From positions 6,673,909-6,737,908 of the forward strand of contig CM074804.1 in NCBI GenBank assembly GCA_037447605.1: a stretch of DNA of 64,000 bases, in the 5' to 3' direction. A model generated the notes under the pieces. That model was not told where the DNA came from. It saw only the letters and a list, made by a program, of their open reading frames with translations, and ran no database searches. The stretch comes from Zygnema circumcarinatum SAG 698-1b (taxonomy: Eukaryota > Plantae > Zygnematophyceae). Shown piece after piece: positions 20,237 to 31,409 of the stretch (its first letter is position 1; each line of letters opens with the position of its first letter). The position numbers and the translations under genes are program-made.

Positions 20237-21933
20237 TACCAAGAAACGTGCGAAAAGTACGAACGGTACGGAGAAAAACGAGACCCTTGTAGCGTAACGG
20301 AGCTGCGTTCGACGGATTTGCGTCAGTTCAATTGTACTTGACGTATGCCTCTTCCGTGTCACGGATCAACGGAATCCAGGAGCTGCCAACGGAGATTGAG
20401 AGAAGGCGGCGCCATGCGTTGGCGGCCCACGGAACAGCACACCATCCAGCAAGGCGCACTCGGGAACACCGCTTGAGGCCGCCGATTATCATTCGTTGAC
20501 CTATCCGAAGGCTCCACGTAGTCAGTCAGGCCTCTCAGTGGGCAGTTGGCCAATCAGAGACTGTCACTGCTAAGACTCAAGATCTATTGTCAGTGTTAAG
20601 TAGATGGGATGTCAGTGATGCTTTTTTGTCTTTTAGTGCTGGGCTTAGTATTTGTATTTGCTGTGTGGTTTGTTGTCTTGTTCTTCTTTCTTCTTTTCCT
20701 TCCTCTTCAGTTACAGCAACAGATGCTAAGTAAGAGAGAGAGAGAGAGAGAGAGTTCCATGCCATAGATAGAGAGAGAGAGAGAGAGAGAAAGAGTCTTC
20801 TTGCTGATAGCATTTAGACGTCCCATTCAGCCCAGTTAGACAAAGATTTCAGTGAGAAGACAATTTCATTGTAATGACATTCCCCAGCCAACCGCTGGCT
20901 GGGGTGAGTTTCCAAAATACCACCTTTATCTAAGTTGTGTCCTGTTTTCCCTCTGCTGTCACTATGCCAAGCCCCTATCTTGCTCTATCCTGCCTTGCAT
21001 TACTCTCAATGACCAATGATCACTAGAAGCCTAGCTAAGAGAATAGCCGAGGAGAGGACAGGGGAAGAGAGCCCCCAAGGAAGGGCTCTTTGCGCATCGA
21101 GTCCAGCCGCCGGTGGGAACGTCTTCAGAATCCCTACGACTTCCGCTGCGCGTACCTCTGAATCTCCCGGATCCTGGCTCTATGCTGCAGGCAGACCCAC
21201 AGAACCAACCCAACCCTTCATTAGTTTCAGCACGGACGCGCGAGTGGCCGTACAGCACCTGCAACTAGCTCAGCAGTCTTCTCTTAACCCCACTTATCTT
21301 GTGCTACACCCTCGACCGTGCCCCCAACCCTACCTAGCACTCGTTCCAACCATTGGAACCAATGGTTCGCAACCATTGCCAATGGTTGATCCAATGGTCC
21401 GACATGTACCGTACGGTATGCGGAAATTCGTAAAATTGGCCCTCTGAATTGCAAAGTTCGTAAGAGCTTAGTATTTTCTGAATTGCGGAATTCGAATCAA
21501 ATTTTCCGACATGGGAAACGCGCAACGGCCGGAATCGCGCGCAGCCACGTGGCCGACGATGTCCCGCGCTGTGCTGCTGCCACGTTGGCGCGCAGCCAAC
21601 GACCGATTGCCGCCGAGCGCGCGCCAGCCACGTGACGACCGCTGATTGGAAGAACCCGCCAGTTCTGACGGAACCCCCTCTTTTTCACGTAAAACGCGCC
21701 ACGTCGCCACGTCCGACGTGGCGCGCTTTACAAAATGCTCGTCGGCTTTTTCAAATTTTGAAATAATTGTTTTTGTCTCAAAGACCCCGGCTGCGCCTTC
21801 CGTCCGTACGGCCTGGTATGGGCGCGAGAGGACGGCCTCGGGGCGCTGCCTGCATCGCGCGTCCCTGCGCGGGAGGGAGGGCCCACTGCTGCAAGGGGAG
21901 GGAGGGAAGGAGGGAGGTCGGTCAATTGTGGCC

Positions 21934-23202
21934 ATGGGGGAAAGGGAAAGGGAGGATGCTTCCGTCCCATGGGAGGGATTCCGCTTGGCAATGGATGGCT
22001 CCTCCCTTATTCCGGGACTTCCAAACGAGCTCGCCATGGAGTGTCTGCTGCGCACATCTCGGTTCACACAGACGACATCCATGCCGCTTGTTTGCAAGGG
22101 ATGGCGCTCCTTGCTGACATCCAGACTGATTTACAAGCTGAGGGAAGAGGCGGGGATTGCAGAGGAGTATCTTTATGTGAGGACAGAGGGCGGAGTTGAT
22201 GGGAAGGGGAGGTGGAAAGCTTTTGATTCTCAGGCCGCTAAGTGGCGGACAATCAAAGAAATGCCAGGAGTGCCTTCTGGTGTGGATTTGGTAGACTTTG
22301 CTTCCGTTGTCATCGGTACGAGGCTTTTGGTTATCGGAGGGACCTACATGAATTGTCGGCGTGAAGCAGTGCGCTATAAACTGGAGAGTGTGAGCCATTT
22401 GCTGGGAGCAACAAGAGAAGTTCGAGCATACGACGCCGTTTCAAACCTGTGGGAAAATTTGGCGCCTATGCATAAATCCCGTTGTAATTTTTCGTGTGGT
22501 ATGCTGCCCGACGGCAGAATATATGTCGCAGGTGGATATGCAAAGCAGGACATGGACGATGCTGAATGCTACGACCCCAAAAGCGACACGTGGCACCAGC
22601 TGCCCCCCATGACTGCAACACATTGGCGAAGTATAACTGGTGTCTTTGGCAACCGTTTCTGTGTGATTGGGGGGCGAATAGGAGGAACTGCGCGATCATT
22701 TCGAACTAATCAGAAGGTGAAAGCTGACGTTTGGAATCCTGACAAGCACCTTTGGCTCTCGCAAAATCTGTGGCTTGAGAGTGAAGTGTGTTTGCGACAG
22801 GTGGTCAGCCATGGCGGCGTTCTGGTTGCTGCAGATTTGCAGAGGCAGAAGTTATGTATTGTTGAAGTCAGGGAGAACGGAGACTATCACCTCGAAGTTA
22901 TAGGTGCTATTCCAGCTCCTGAGGGTTTGATTAGGCTGAACTTTAAAATTGTCAGCTTTCTTGGCGAATTGTGGGTAGTTGGGGGGACATTGACTTCCCT
23001 GCCATACGTAGAGACAACCCCATATTCTGTTGCGGTCGATTTCAGTTTGCACAAGAACACGTTGACAGCTGATTGTTGTGGCACTTTACTTGAGTCAACT
23101 GGAGTAAAGTCGAGTTCTAATGCCACTCACTATTGTATGCGGTCTATAGCAATGGAAGACTTAGCTGGACGAGTGAGTGGATGTGTCGCGATTGCCATTT
23201 AA
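21934..23202 (+). CDS. F-box/kelch-repeat protein (intronless, 422 aa)
   Basis: LIPGLPNELAMECLLR F-box motif followed by kelch repeats (LLVIGG, WENLAPMHKSRCNF, IYVAGG, AECYDPKSDTWHQLPPM). ATG 21934 chosen; the longer ORF starts at a non-ATG codon. Confidence 0.92.
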   Translation: MGEREREDASVPWEGFRLAMDGSSLIPGLPNELAMECLLRTSRFTQTTSMPLVCKGWRSLLTSRLIYKLREEAGIAEEYLYVRTEGGVDGKGRWKAFDSQAAKWRTIKEMPGVPSGVDLVDFASVVIGTRLLVIGGTYMNCRREAVRYKLESVSHLLGATREVRAYDAVSNLWENLAPMHKSRCNFSCGMLPDGRIYVAGGYAKQDMDDAECYDPKSDTWHQLPPMTATHWRSITGVFGNRFCVIGGRIGGTARSFRTNQKVKADVWNPDKHLWLSQNLWLESEVCLRQVVSHGGVLVAADLQRQKLCIVEVRENGDYHLEVIGAIPAPEGLIRLNFKIVSFLGELWVVGGTLTSLPYVETTPYSVAVDFSLHKNTLTADCCGTLLESTGVKSSSNATHYCMRSIAMEDLAGRVSGCVAIAI

Positions 23203-23814
23203 AGGACACGGCATGTTCAGAGCAGCGCTAGAGGTTATATATTGTAGAATCGCGTTGTATACGGTAAATATGTGTGTTTTGTCGTTAATTGCTGGTGTAT
23301 ATTGTAAACAAGTTGTTGTATGTTGTAAGCAGGGGCTGTCTATATTGTCACTATGACCAAAATCCACTTTTTCCCTCACTGACCTTGTGTAAACCTTTCT
23401 GCATCTTTCCTAGGACTCTGCATTGGTCCTTCGCAGCCTGTTGTGCACTGGCAGGCCCTGAAGTCAACCGAGATACTGCGTACACCTGTCCGTGACGCGT
23501 GTTAGACAGCGTCATGCAATTGTCTGGAAAACGAAGGGAAAAGCCGTATGCTGCGACATGAGAATTGAATGGTCCATACTCGACCCTCCATTGATAACTG
23601 TGAACTGATCCGCAGGTTCTGAAGAGACAAAATGATGTTCCACATCCGGCAAAGTGCCAGTACAAATCTGCAACAAACGTTCAGGCGTTGAAATAAACAA
23701 ACCGGAGGTTCCATGGTTTTAGAATCCCCTAAACCCACTTCAGTTTCTATTTTTACAAGTTGAATTATCTTAAACGAGTTGCACATGAAGACTTCGCATC
23801 TTGTCGACAGATGC

Positions 23815-25956
23815 TCAAAAATGGTCCATCCATTCTTTGCCGCGCTTGTCCCCGCGAGCAATGTCGAGGGGAATGGACACCGCCTTTGCACCTCCACCCC
23901 CCGTGTACCCGGGCCGCTGCCTCGTAGTCATTACAACCTCCCTGACCCTGCATACCGTCACAAAGGCGCGCACAGTCAGCATTACAGCAGTCCTGCCTCG
24001 TGCATGCGCCAGATCTGATCATCGGTACATTGTACTGCAATTCGTTTCCATCTCCAAAACGGCCTTGTCAGCCATTGTCATACCTGTTCGCAACACCCCA
24101 GATGTTGAGAAACTCCGCAACAGCATCCAATTGCTCAAGGTACATCTCCTCCTGTGGCCATTACAATGACCAATGAAACTAGAATGTCAACACACATGTC
24201 ATGTTTCTTCTTTTCTATTTAGAAAAAAAGAAACAAAAAGGTGAAAAAAAACGAACAACCCAGGAGTGCCGTTCATAAAGGAACAGCAAAGGAGACCTTA
24301 AAAACACACAGCTTGTATAATTGCATTGCTCGCATTGCTTCATGAAATCAGGCCTGAATTAATGCAAGTAACAAAACCTTACTGTCAAATGAAAGGATTT
24401 CTGCTCCAAGAACTTCCACATGATCTGCGCAGACAATTATTCTCAATTAGAAAAAAAAGGCAGTGTCCCTCCTGATGTGCATTAAATTCTTGTCAGACAC
24501 GACGTAGAACTTTCGTAACTCTTCCAGTAATAGCGTGGAAAATGAACTTTTCTTTACAGAAAGTGAAAAAGGACGGTGTCCATTCGCCGCAGTTTTCTCT
24601 CACAGTTGCAAGGGTCAGCCAAAGATAACACCTTCCGCTAACTCCCACGTGTAATTAAAAGAACTAAATGGTAAGTTAGTTCGTTTCATTGCTTTGTCTC
24701 ACTGCTTCCCAGTAAGCTTTCAATCGGCTTAAGTTTGCTTTTCTGACCTTCTTCGTTTCCTTACACTGGTGCCAATTACCTGCAAGTAAACTCTGTTGTT
24801 GAATTTGCATAGACGGACATCATAGGAGCGTCCATATTTCGTCAACAGCAACTCCCTGCAAATCAAAGAACGTCGTCAGTTAGACCTGTTATTATTCCTG
24901 CTGTCAGCAATGCGTACAGTACCTTGACGACCTCTCCTGACATCAGGGATGCGACAGCTGCTTCCGGTTATGCCATCGAAACACATATAAAACGAAATTA
25001 ACACTTCATATCAATTTCGCACATTGAACCTTTAGCGCCTTCACTATTCCCATTGCAGAAATTAATGCTTAATAAACGAAGCAACGTCAGCTGAGCGAAG
25101 AAGCAGAACACGTTCAAAACCAAAGACTTTCATAGAAATCCAGAAGAAACGATCCTCCCCTTGGCTATTGTTCTTACGTTAGACTTGAAACAAATAACGG
25201 GGAAAGAAGGAGCACGAAAGTGAGTGAGAAATAGAAGAACGGAATGACAGCAAGTAACGGGAGAAGGTGAAAGGTAACACAGTCGGGGGGACGGTGGTCA
25301 TTGGATGAGCGGATGTAGGGGGACAGAAAGGAGTCAGGACTTCAACGTCTGGACAGAAACCTAAAGGATAGTGGCAGAAAAAGAAGGATTACAATGGGTG
25401 AACCTCGTGGACGGAGTAAGTGAACACTCCGCTTCCTCTCCGCCCCTTTTTCGGACAAGCCCACAAGGTTAAGATTGTGCAGAAGACGTCAAGTCGAATA
25501 CCTTATTTGCGGGCCTGTAATCCGCGGGGTGGATTCCAAGGACGTTTCCAATCGCCGCCTAGCCTCTGAAATTTCCCCGCTTTCTCCAATCCCACCACAC
25601 ATATCGTCCGACTCTGAGTCTGCCATATCCCCTGTCAGCGAAGCCTTCACACTTAGATACCCCAAGAGCATTACTCGCCTCCCAGTACTGCATCTCCCTA
25701 TCGACAAGTCACCCCCAAAACTCCCTTTCACGACGTTACTTGCCAAATTTCTGGGCAATTCATCCCGCGATGCGAGGCTGTAGCGAAAATGGCTGCATGC
25801 CATGCCACTGGAGGAGGACACAGCTGCCAGGCCCGGAAAATTTCGAGCGTCGCAAGACTGCTTCCCGCGATGCGGCGTGACATCTGGCACGGAAAAGAAG
25901 AGAGACGAGGGCTCTGCGACTCGAAGCGCAACAGCGGGTGCGCATGCGGCGTGCAT
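23815..25956 (-). CDS. DUF3067 family protein, probably plastid-targeted
   Basis: Exons 25956-25502, 24855-24780, 24424-24383, 24151-24084 and 23947-23815. The spliced product ITGPQIRELLLTKYGRSYDV..YLQIMWKFLEQKSFHLTEEMYLEQLDAVAE..RPGYTGGGGAKAVSIPL matches the DUF3067 pattern as I recall it. The start codon is uncertain. Confidence 0.85.
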
Positions 25957-26129
25957 CGTTCAGTGGGCGAAGGAGATGCTGCAACCGCCCGCACCGTTAG
26001 CAGGCGTCACGGCCACTCCTGGGCGAGCACCGGCGGCCTCCTTGCAGGTGCGGCGCCATGGCCCTCTCTCTCTCTCTCTGCCCGCCCGTCTGCCACAGGT
26101 CGAGGCCGCCACGAGCAGCAGCCGAGCGC

Positions 26130-26275
26130 CACGTGGCGCCCGCGCGCACGCGCGAGGTCCCAGCGCCGCCGCTCGCCCGCCTGAGCTCGGGCCTCGCCGG
26201 GCCACGCCGGGGGGGCGCTCGCTCGTGCGGGGACGGACACGTGGACTAACATTGCGAATCACGTGGCGACACGTG
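26130..26275. promoter_or_regulatory. G-box cluster (4 x CACGTG) in the divergent DUF3067/NDUFA3 promoter
   Basis: CACGTG at 26130, 26238, 26260 and 26270, three of them as CACGTGGC. The two start codons are only 657 bp apart. Confidence 0.6.
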
Positions 26276-26612
26276 GCGGAGACGCTGATCGAGCCCCGAG
26301 TGCCTGTTGGGACACGAGCGGCCCGCGGTACGGTATGTCCTGTTTTCATGCGGCGCTGTGCGACACAGTTGGATTGAGCGTCAAACGACGCATATATGCG
26401 GTCGCCGGTGACCAAGAGCGTGATTCCATGTGTTGACTGTACGGAGATCCTGCGAGCGGGTGGAGGAGCTTGGCCTTGCAGGCAGGAAGCGCAGGGTGGT
26501 CTCGGCTGGTGGAAGGGGGAAGGAAGGAAACCCTCACCCTAATCTGCGGGGGGACGCTGTTTTGTTCTCTCTTTATCCCGCAAGAAGCAAAGACGAGTTG
26601 AAGGAGAACGCC

Positions 26613-28247
26613 ATGGCATTCGCAGCCTCCGTACGCAATGCATTCATTCAGGAGCCCGTCATTTGCTGGTCGTTGCTCATTGCCTCCGTAGGTAAGCGCA
26701 TCTGAAGGGCTTCCTGGTGAATGGAAAAGAAAAGGGTATTATGCTCGAATACATTGGTGAGGAGAGGGAGGGGAGTTTGAGTTTTTCGGAATAGAGTCAG
26801 AGAAAGAAGAGGGAAGTGCTAGACCAGTTCAGAGGCAACAGCAACAGATTGTCGTTCGTTTGCACTACACGACTCGTGGAAGGCTTCGAAATGAAAAAAA
26901 GGAAAGTGAGCCGGGGGAATAGCCTAGAATGGGATTCGGACATACAATAGCTACTGGAAGTAACAATGAAATCAATGAATAAAGTTCATGAGGATACCTT
27001 GTCAATCAGGCATTCTCGGGTGTCAACTCAGTAGGAAAGTTTCGAAGAGAAATCCAGTGTTCTTCTCGCTTGCGGTACTCCTGCTATTTTTAAACACACC
27101 ATTTCATCGGACGAACTACGGTTGTACCACTGCAAAGTCTGCAGTTATTGTACTTGTTTTTTTAAGCAGGATAACCAGAGCCTGTTTGTCCTGACAAGCA
27201 TTGCCTCAGGAGTTGAACTGCAATGAGCTTACATTTTTTGATCCCTTGTCTTAATTGGCAGGGCTTATCCTTCCTGCTGTCGTACCTCCGCTTAGAGAAC
27301 GATGGGCTGTGAAGCCTATCCCTCCTCCAAAAGCTTCTGAGGTACGGCGAGTAATTTTCCTCTTTGATTCTGCACAAATCTCAGTTTCAAAAGCAAACAA
27401 CTGAGCAGTTCGTGTTAAGAGGTCTTTTGTTTTTCTGGGACGAGCCAGCCATTCTGACCTTACTATCTTTATCTTAAACATTTGGAACTTGACATTTACA
27501 GTAGTAATTGTTTAAGACCATTCGAGCCTTTTCAATCCCATCACGAACTGGTAAACTTTGTGATATCTTGCTTGATTTTGTATTATGAGAGACAAGTCAA
27601 TTCCAATAATTTACGTGATTGAACAGCGGCTGCAGTGAGCAATGTTGAAACGAAAAGATTTAATGATTTGTTGAAGTGCCTTTCTTTGTAAATAATCATT
27701 CATGAATGAACTGCATTAAATGATGGTGATGACGCACCATTTTTTAAGGCAGTCTTTTTCTATTGACTTTGTTATCTTTACTCTGCATAATTGCTGCAAT
27801 CGGAACCATTTTAGAAAACCTCCAAAGAGTTGAAGTTTGCTTCGTGATAATAACGCCACCTTCTAGACTCTCATGTTGATTTGTATTGTGTGATTACTAA
27901 TTTCTCTGGACCCACATTATGTAATCTCCCCATGACTTTGTCTGTGCTCTTGACTAGGATCGTTGTGCTTTACAAAAGCTATCGAATGTGATGGCTTGTG
28001 GATACAGTTAGCCCGTATTGCCTGCTTTTTGTTCCTTTGTTTTGCTTCAAGATATAAGAATGCCTTTCTGGATGTACAGGCAGCTTGCTTTTGGTTAATC
28101 ACTTAGTTGCCATGAAATTTCTTTATTTGGAAATGGATGCTTTTTTTTGAGGTTATGTGTTAGCTTCCGCCGTCCAACTGTGGGCTTCTGTTGCTCAATT
28201 TCCCTGTGCAGGTGGTTGCTGCAATGTCAGGGAAGAGAAGCAGCTGA
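26613..28247 (+). CDS. NDUFA3: Complex I accessory subunit NDUFA3/B9-like (64 aa)
   Basis: Exons 26613-26691, 27262-27341 and 28212-28247 give MAFAASVRNAFIQEPVICWSLLIASVGLILPAVVPPLRERWAVKPIPPPKASEVVAAMSGKRSS: one TM segment and the plant B9 LPAVV..P motif. Not captured by the ORF track. Confidence 0.8.
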
Positions 28248-29307
28248 TGTCCTACTACTGCATTAGGGTGGATGTACTGAAGGCACGATGGACCTATGTA
28301 TCGGCAGCAACTAAAATAGCAGGGGAAGGCCTCTTTAAGGAACAGGATTGGAGGGAAATATAGGGGTGAAATTGGATTGAGGCATCCATCACAACTGCCG
28401 GACCACACAGGTACTCTAGCATTAAAATGGTGCTCATTGGAGTCTTCATATGTAGGTTCATAGAGGTTAGGAGAAAGGGTGGTTCTTCCATTCGCGAGAA
28501 AAAGTTGTTTGTCGAGGTTGAATATTGTGAGTTTTCTTGTGTTCTTGTAGCATGAATTCCCTTGTCACGACAGTCTCTCTATCGGTATTTTGGATTGTGC
28601 CAGTTAACGCCAAACCGGGAGAATGATTACAGTGCCCTAAATATTGTCAGTACGTCTTGGCCATTTCTTCTAACAAATTGATTCGAGATCAACTTGCACG
28701 GTTGTGAAGGGAATCACATTGAATGTGTTGAAGTCCTCAACAGTGGCGGTTTTCTCCTCAATCTTCTAGTGAACATTTACAACTCTGTAACTCTCTCTCG
28801 CTTACATTTTGCAGAGTTGCAAATGTGGTATGGTAAAATCCGATCCCACTTCTAACATGGGACTGCTTGCCTTAAGAAAATATAACTGCAACTCTTTCGT
28901 CCAGCTGTACTCAAAGACAATGACGAAGACAGTGGAAGATTCCACTAGGCACAGTTATTGCTTATTATTGCTGTACAACTCAGATTCTACAGATACGTGA
29001 ACTATTGTGACTCGCAGCTGAGACACTGCATTAATGGTAAGGCTTAATTGTCTTCAATTAAGCAGACACCGACACCGACAGACACCGACACTGCAACTAC
29101 AAATGGTTTCGATTCAGGAACTGCCCATTTCTGCTGCTCTATGTAAATGCTCACCATAGGAAAGCAGCAAGAAAATCTTTTACTACTACCATTAGCCCTA
29201 ATCAGCCTCCGCATTCAAACCTACCACTAATTCTGCAAAACTATATTCCGCTTCAAACCTCCACAGACAAAAAAAAGCTTCCTGTTTTTGGGTGGATTAT
29301 TGCTTTG

Positions 29308-29811
29308 TCATTGGCTGTACTGGGAATGGTCCAACTCCTGAGGCAGTCTCAAGCCCACACGATCAGCGGTGCTTCGTAATCTTTCAGCTTGCTCTGCTGT
29401 TCGATCAATGCCAATGTTGTACGACATCAGGAGCTCCTGATTTCCCCAATCGCACCAGAAAACATGGTGAAAACGTGCATCAATCAAGCTTAACGCAGGC
29501 AAAAGATCAAAAAACAAGGGTGGGAAACCAGCCATATTCAAAGCGTTATTCTTATTCTATGAAAAAGGAAGTCGTCTCACTTTCGAAAAAAGACTCACCT
29601 GCTGTTCATGCACCGCATTGGCCAGAAAGGCATAGTCATTAGCAAGCAGCACAGCTCTCTTCCTTTCTTCAACCGATAAGGCTGCTGAGTTTGCTCTCTG
29701 TTTGAATACGGACGCTGCGTGCATCCGCAGGCTTCGACTCTCCGGACTGTGTGCTACATTTTTCCGCAGCGCCTGAAGGAATGCCCGATACACCGCCCTA
29801 ACTTCTGCCAT
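29308..29811 (-). CDS. Small LYR-motif mitochondrial protein (FMC1-like)
   Basis: Exons 29811-29599 and 29436-29308: MAEVRAVYRAFLQALRK..LANDYAFLANAVHEQQ|ELLMSYNIGIDR..RVGLRLP. Confidence 0.75.
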
Positions 29812-30498
29812 TGTGATGTAATGGTCACGCTTCCTACACCTAGGCACCGCTTTTGGAGAAAATGACAATTCCTCCAGGCTATACTTCAAAATGAGTCCTT
29901 GCAGGGGCCGTGAAGCAGGTCACACGGGAGGAATCATGCAAGTGTGAGTTTTAGCGAGAGTAGAATAAAAATTCGAGTATGTCTGTCACGCAGAATCATG
30001 CGAATGGCAAGCCAGGGACCTGGCAAAACACTAATTCCGCTGATACTGCAAGAGCAATTCCACAGCGCGTTGACCCTCCCTGCACCTTTCTCAGATGCCT
30101 ACGACTGATGGTGTCCCTTTAGTTTAAATGCAAGTGAATGCGAATACCTTCTGAACTCCCTCCTTCCTCAATCTCCCCCAGACAGTCTTCCAGAGCTTTT
30201 ACCTCCGTTCATTCCACTCGCCTAGTCCAGGCCGACCGTCCGCACTCAGGCCTCATTATCAACTCGCAAACAACGACTTCCATAAAATAATTTCACATCT
30301 GGTCCCATCCCCGAAACCACGAAACTTCACCTTGGCGGGAGACTCGTTCTCTCAGAGCGCCACGGGCAAACTTAATAAATTGTTTTTATACCACGGGCAG
30401 CTTGAAACAATCTCTTAAAATGTGTGTTTCTAAATTTCCATTCGAGGCCCCTGCTCTGGCTCCCTGAGCCCTTCCGTTCCCTGCACTCGCCTCCTTGA

Positions 30499-30554
30499 GC
30501 TGCGGGCTGCAGGTTGCAGGTTGCAGGCTGCAGGCTGCAGGCTGCAGGCTGCGG
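30499..30554. repeat. 8 x 7-bp tandem repeat G(C/T)TGC(A/G)G
   Basis: GCTGCGG, GCTGCAG, GTTGCAG x2, GCTGCAG x3, GCTGCGG, lying between the divergent LYR and SR genes. Confidence 0.9.
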
Positions 30555-31409
30555 GGAACCCTAGAAGCTCAGAGAGCCGCCGTTTACCCGCATCGCGAGC
30601 TCGCGTGCTGCATAGGCATATCCTAGGCGCAGGTTGTTGTGCTTCTGCCGGCTCTGCTTCTTCCCGACAAGGTAAAGTCTGCTATAACACTCGTCAGTGC
30701 CGACTTTGTGGTGTGAAAGACTTGCGGCAAGGTGGAGATGATCGTGACGCCCCTTAATGTTTGGAGCGGCAATTCACTGTATGAGTAACAGGAGCGATAC
30801 GTTGAGAGTTGGAACGGTCGCTTATGTTGGGAGATTCACTGGACGACTACCTGGGATGTCATTTTAGGAAGGAGCGCATATTTGGCGACTCGAGGATTTC
30901 TGGATTCTGGTTGGACGGGAGGGAGACGGAAGAAAGTTGTTTGGGCGTCTTTGCATTTATTTGGTGATTTGTTGGAATGCTCTGCATACAAGTTAGCACA
31001 CGCGGAACGGGGCCTGGAGTACGGGAGGGAGCGTGGAGCTGGTTAGGGAGCGCGTGGGAGCTGAGCTGGATGGAATTTCGGGAGAGCTAAGCTCAGTATT
31101 TTCTATCAGTTTTGGTTTGAATCCGTCTTCCTCAGTGGTTGAACGGTTTTAAGAGGCGTAACAGGCTAGTCATGGCTACTTCTCTGCTGTAGTATCATCT
31201 CACGTCACCCTCACCGTGTGCTGTCAGTGCGTCCTGCGACGTGGTTCTCTTCCACTGTTGCCACTGGTCCCAACCGTTGGCCTAACTTTTTTTTGCGAAA
31301 TTGTCTTGCTGACTGAACTGACAAGAGGCTGCTGAATTTTTGTTTTCTTGGATCTTACTGTGCATGCTTCGTAGACTGACATTTTTTTCGCGACAGATCG
31401 CAAGGCATC

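Noticed and set aside
19973-20341. ORF with STNSTNST repeats
   Set aside because: It arises from the AGTACGAAT array inside the TIR element and has no transposase or other domain motifs.
21646-21933. 96-aa N-terminal extension of the F-box/kelch ORF
   Set aside because: It starts at a non-ATG codon in G-box-rich promoter-like sequence. The F-box normally lies near the N-terminus, which fits ATG 21934.
24922-24957. Apparent DUF3067 exon encoding ..MSGEVVK
   Set aside because: Its phase does not join the next exon. Exon 1 (..ITGPQI-AG, phase 2) splices directly to G-GAGTTG and restores the family pattern.
26613-29811. NDUFA3-like and LYR genes as a mitochondrial gene cluster
   Set aside because: Two adjacent convergent genes among unrelated neighbours are expected by chance; there is no shared promoter.
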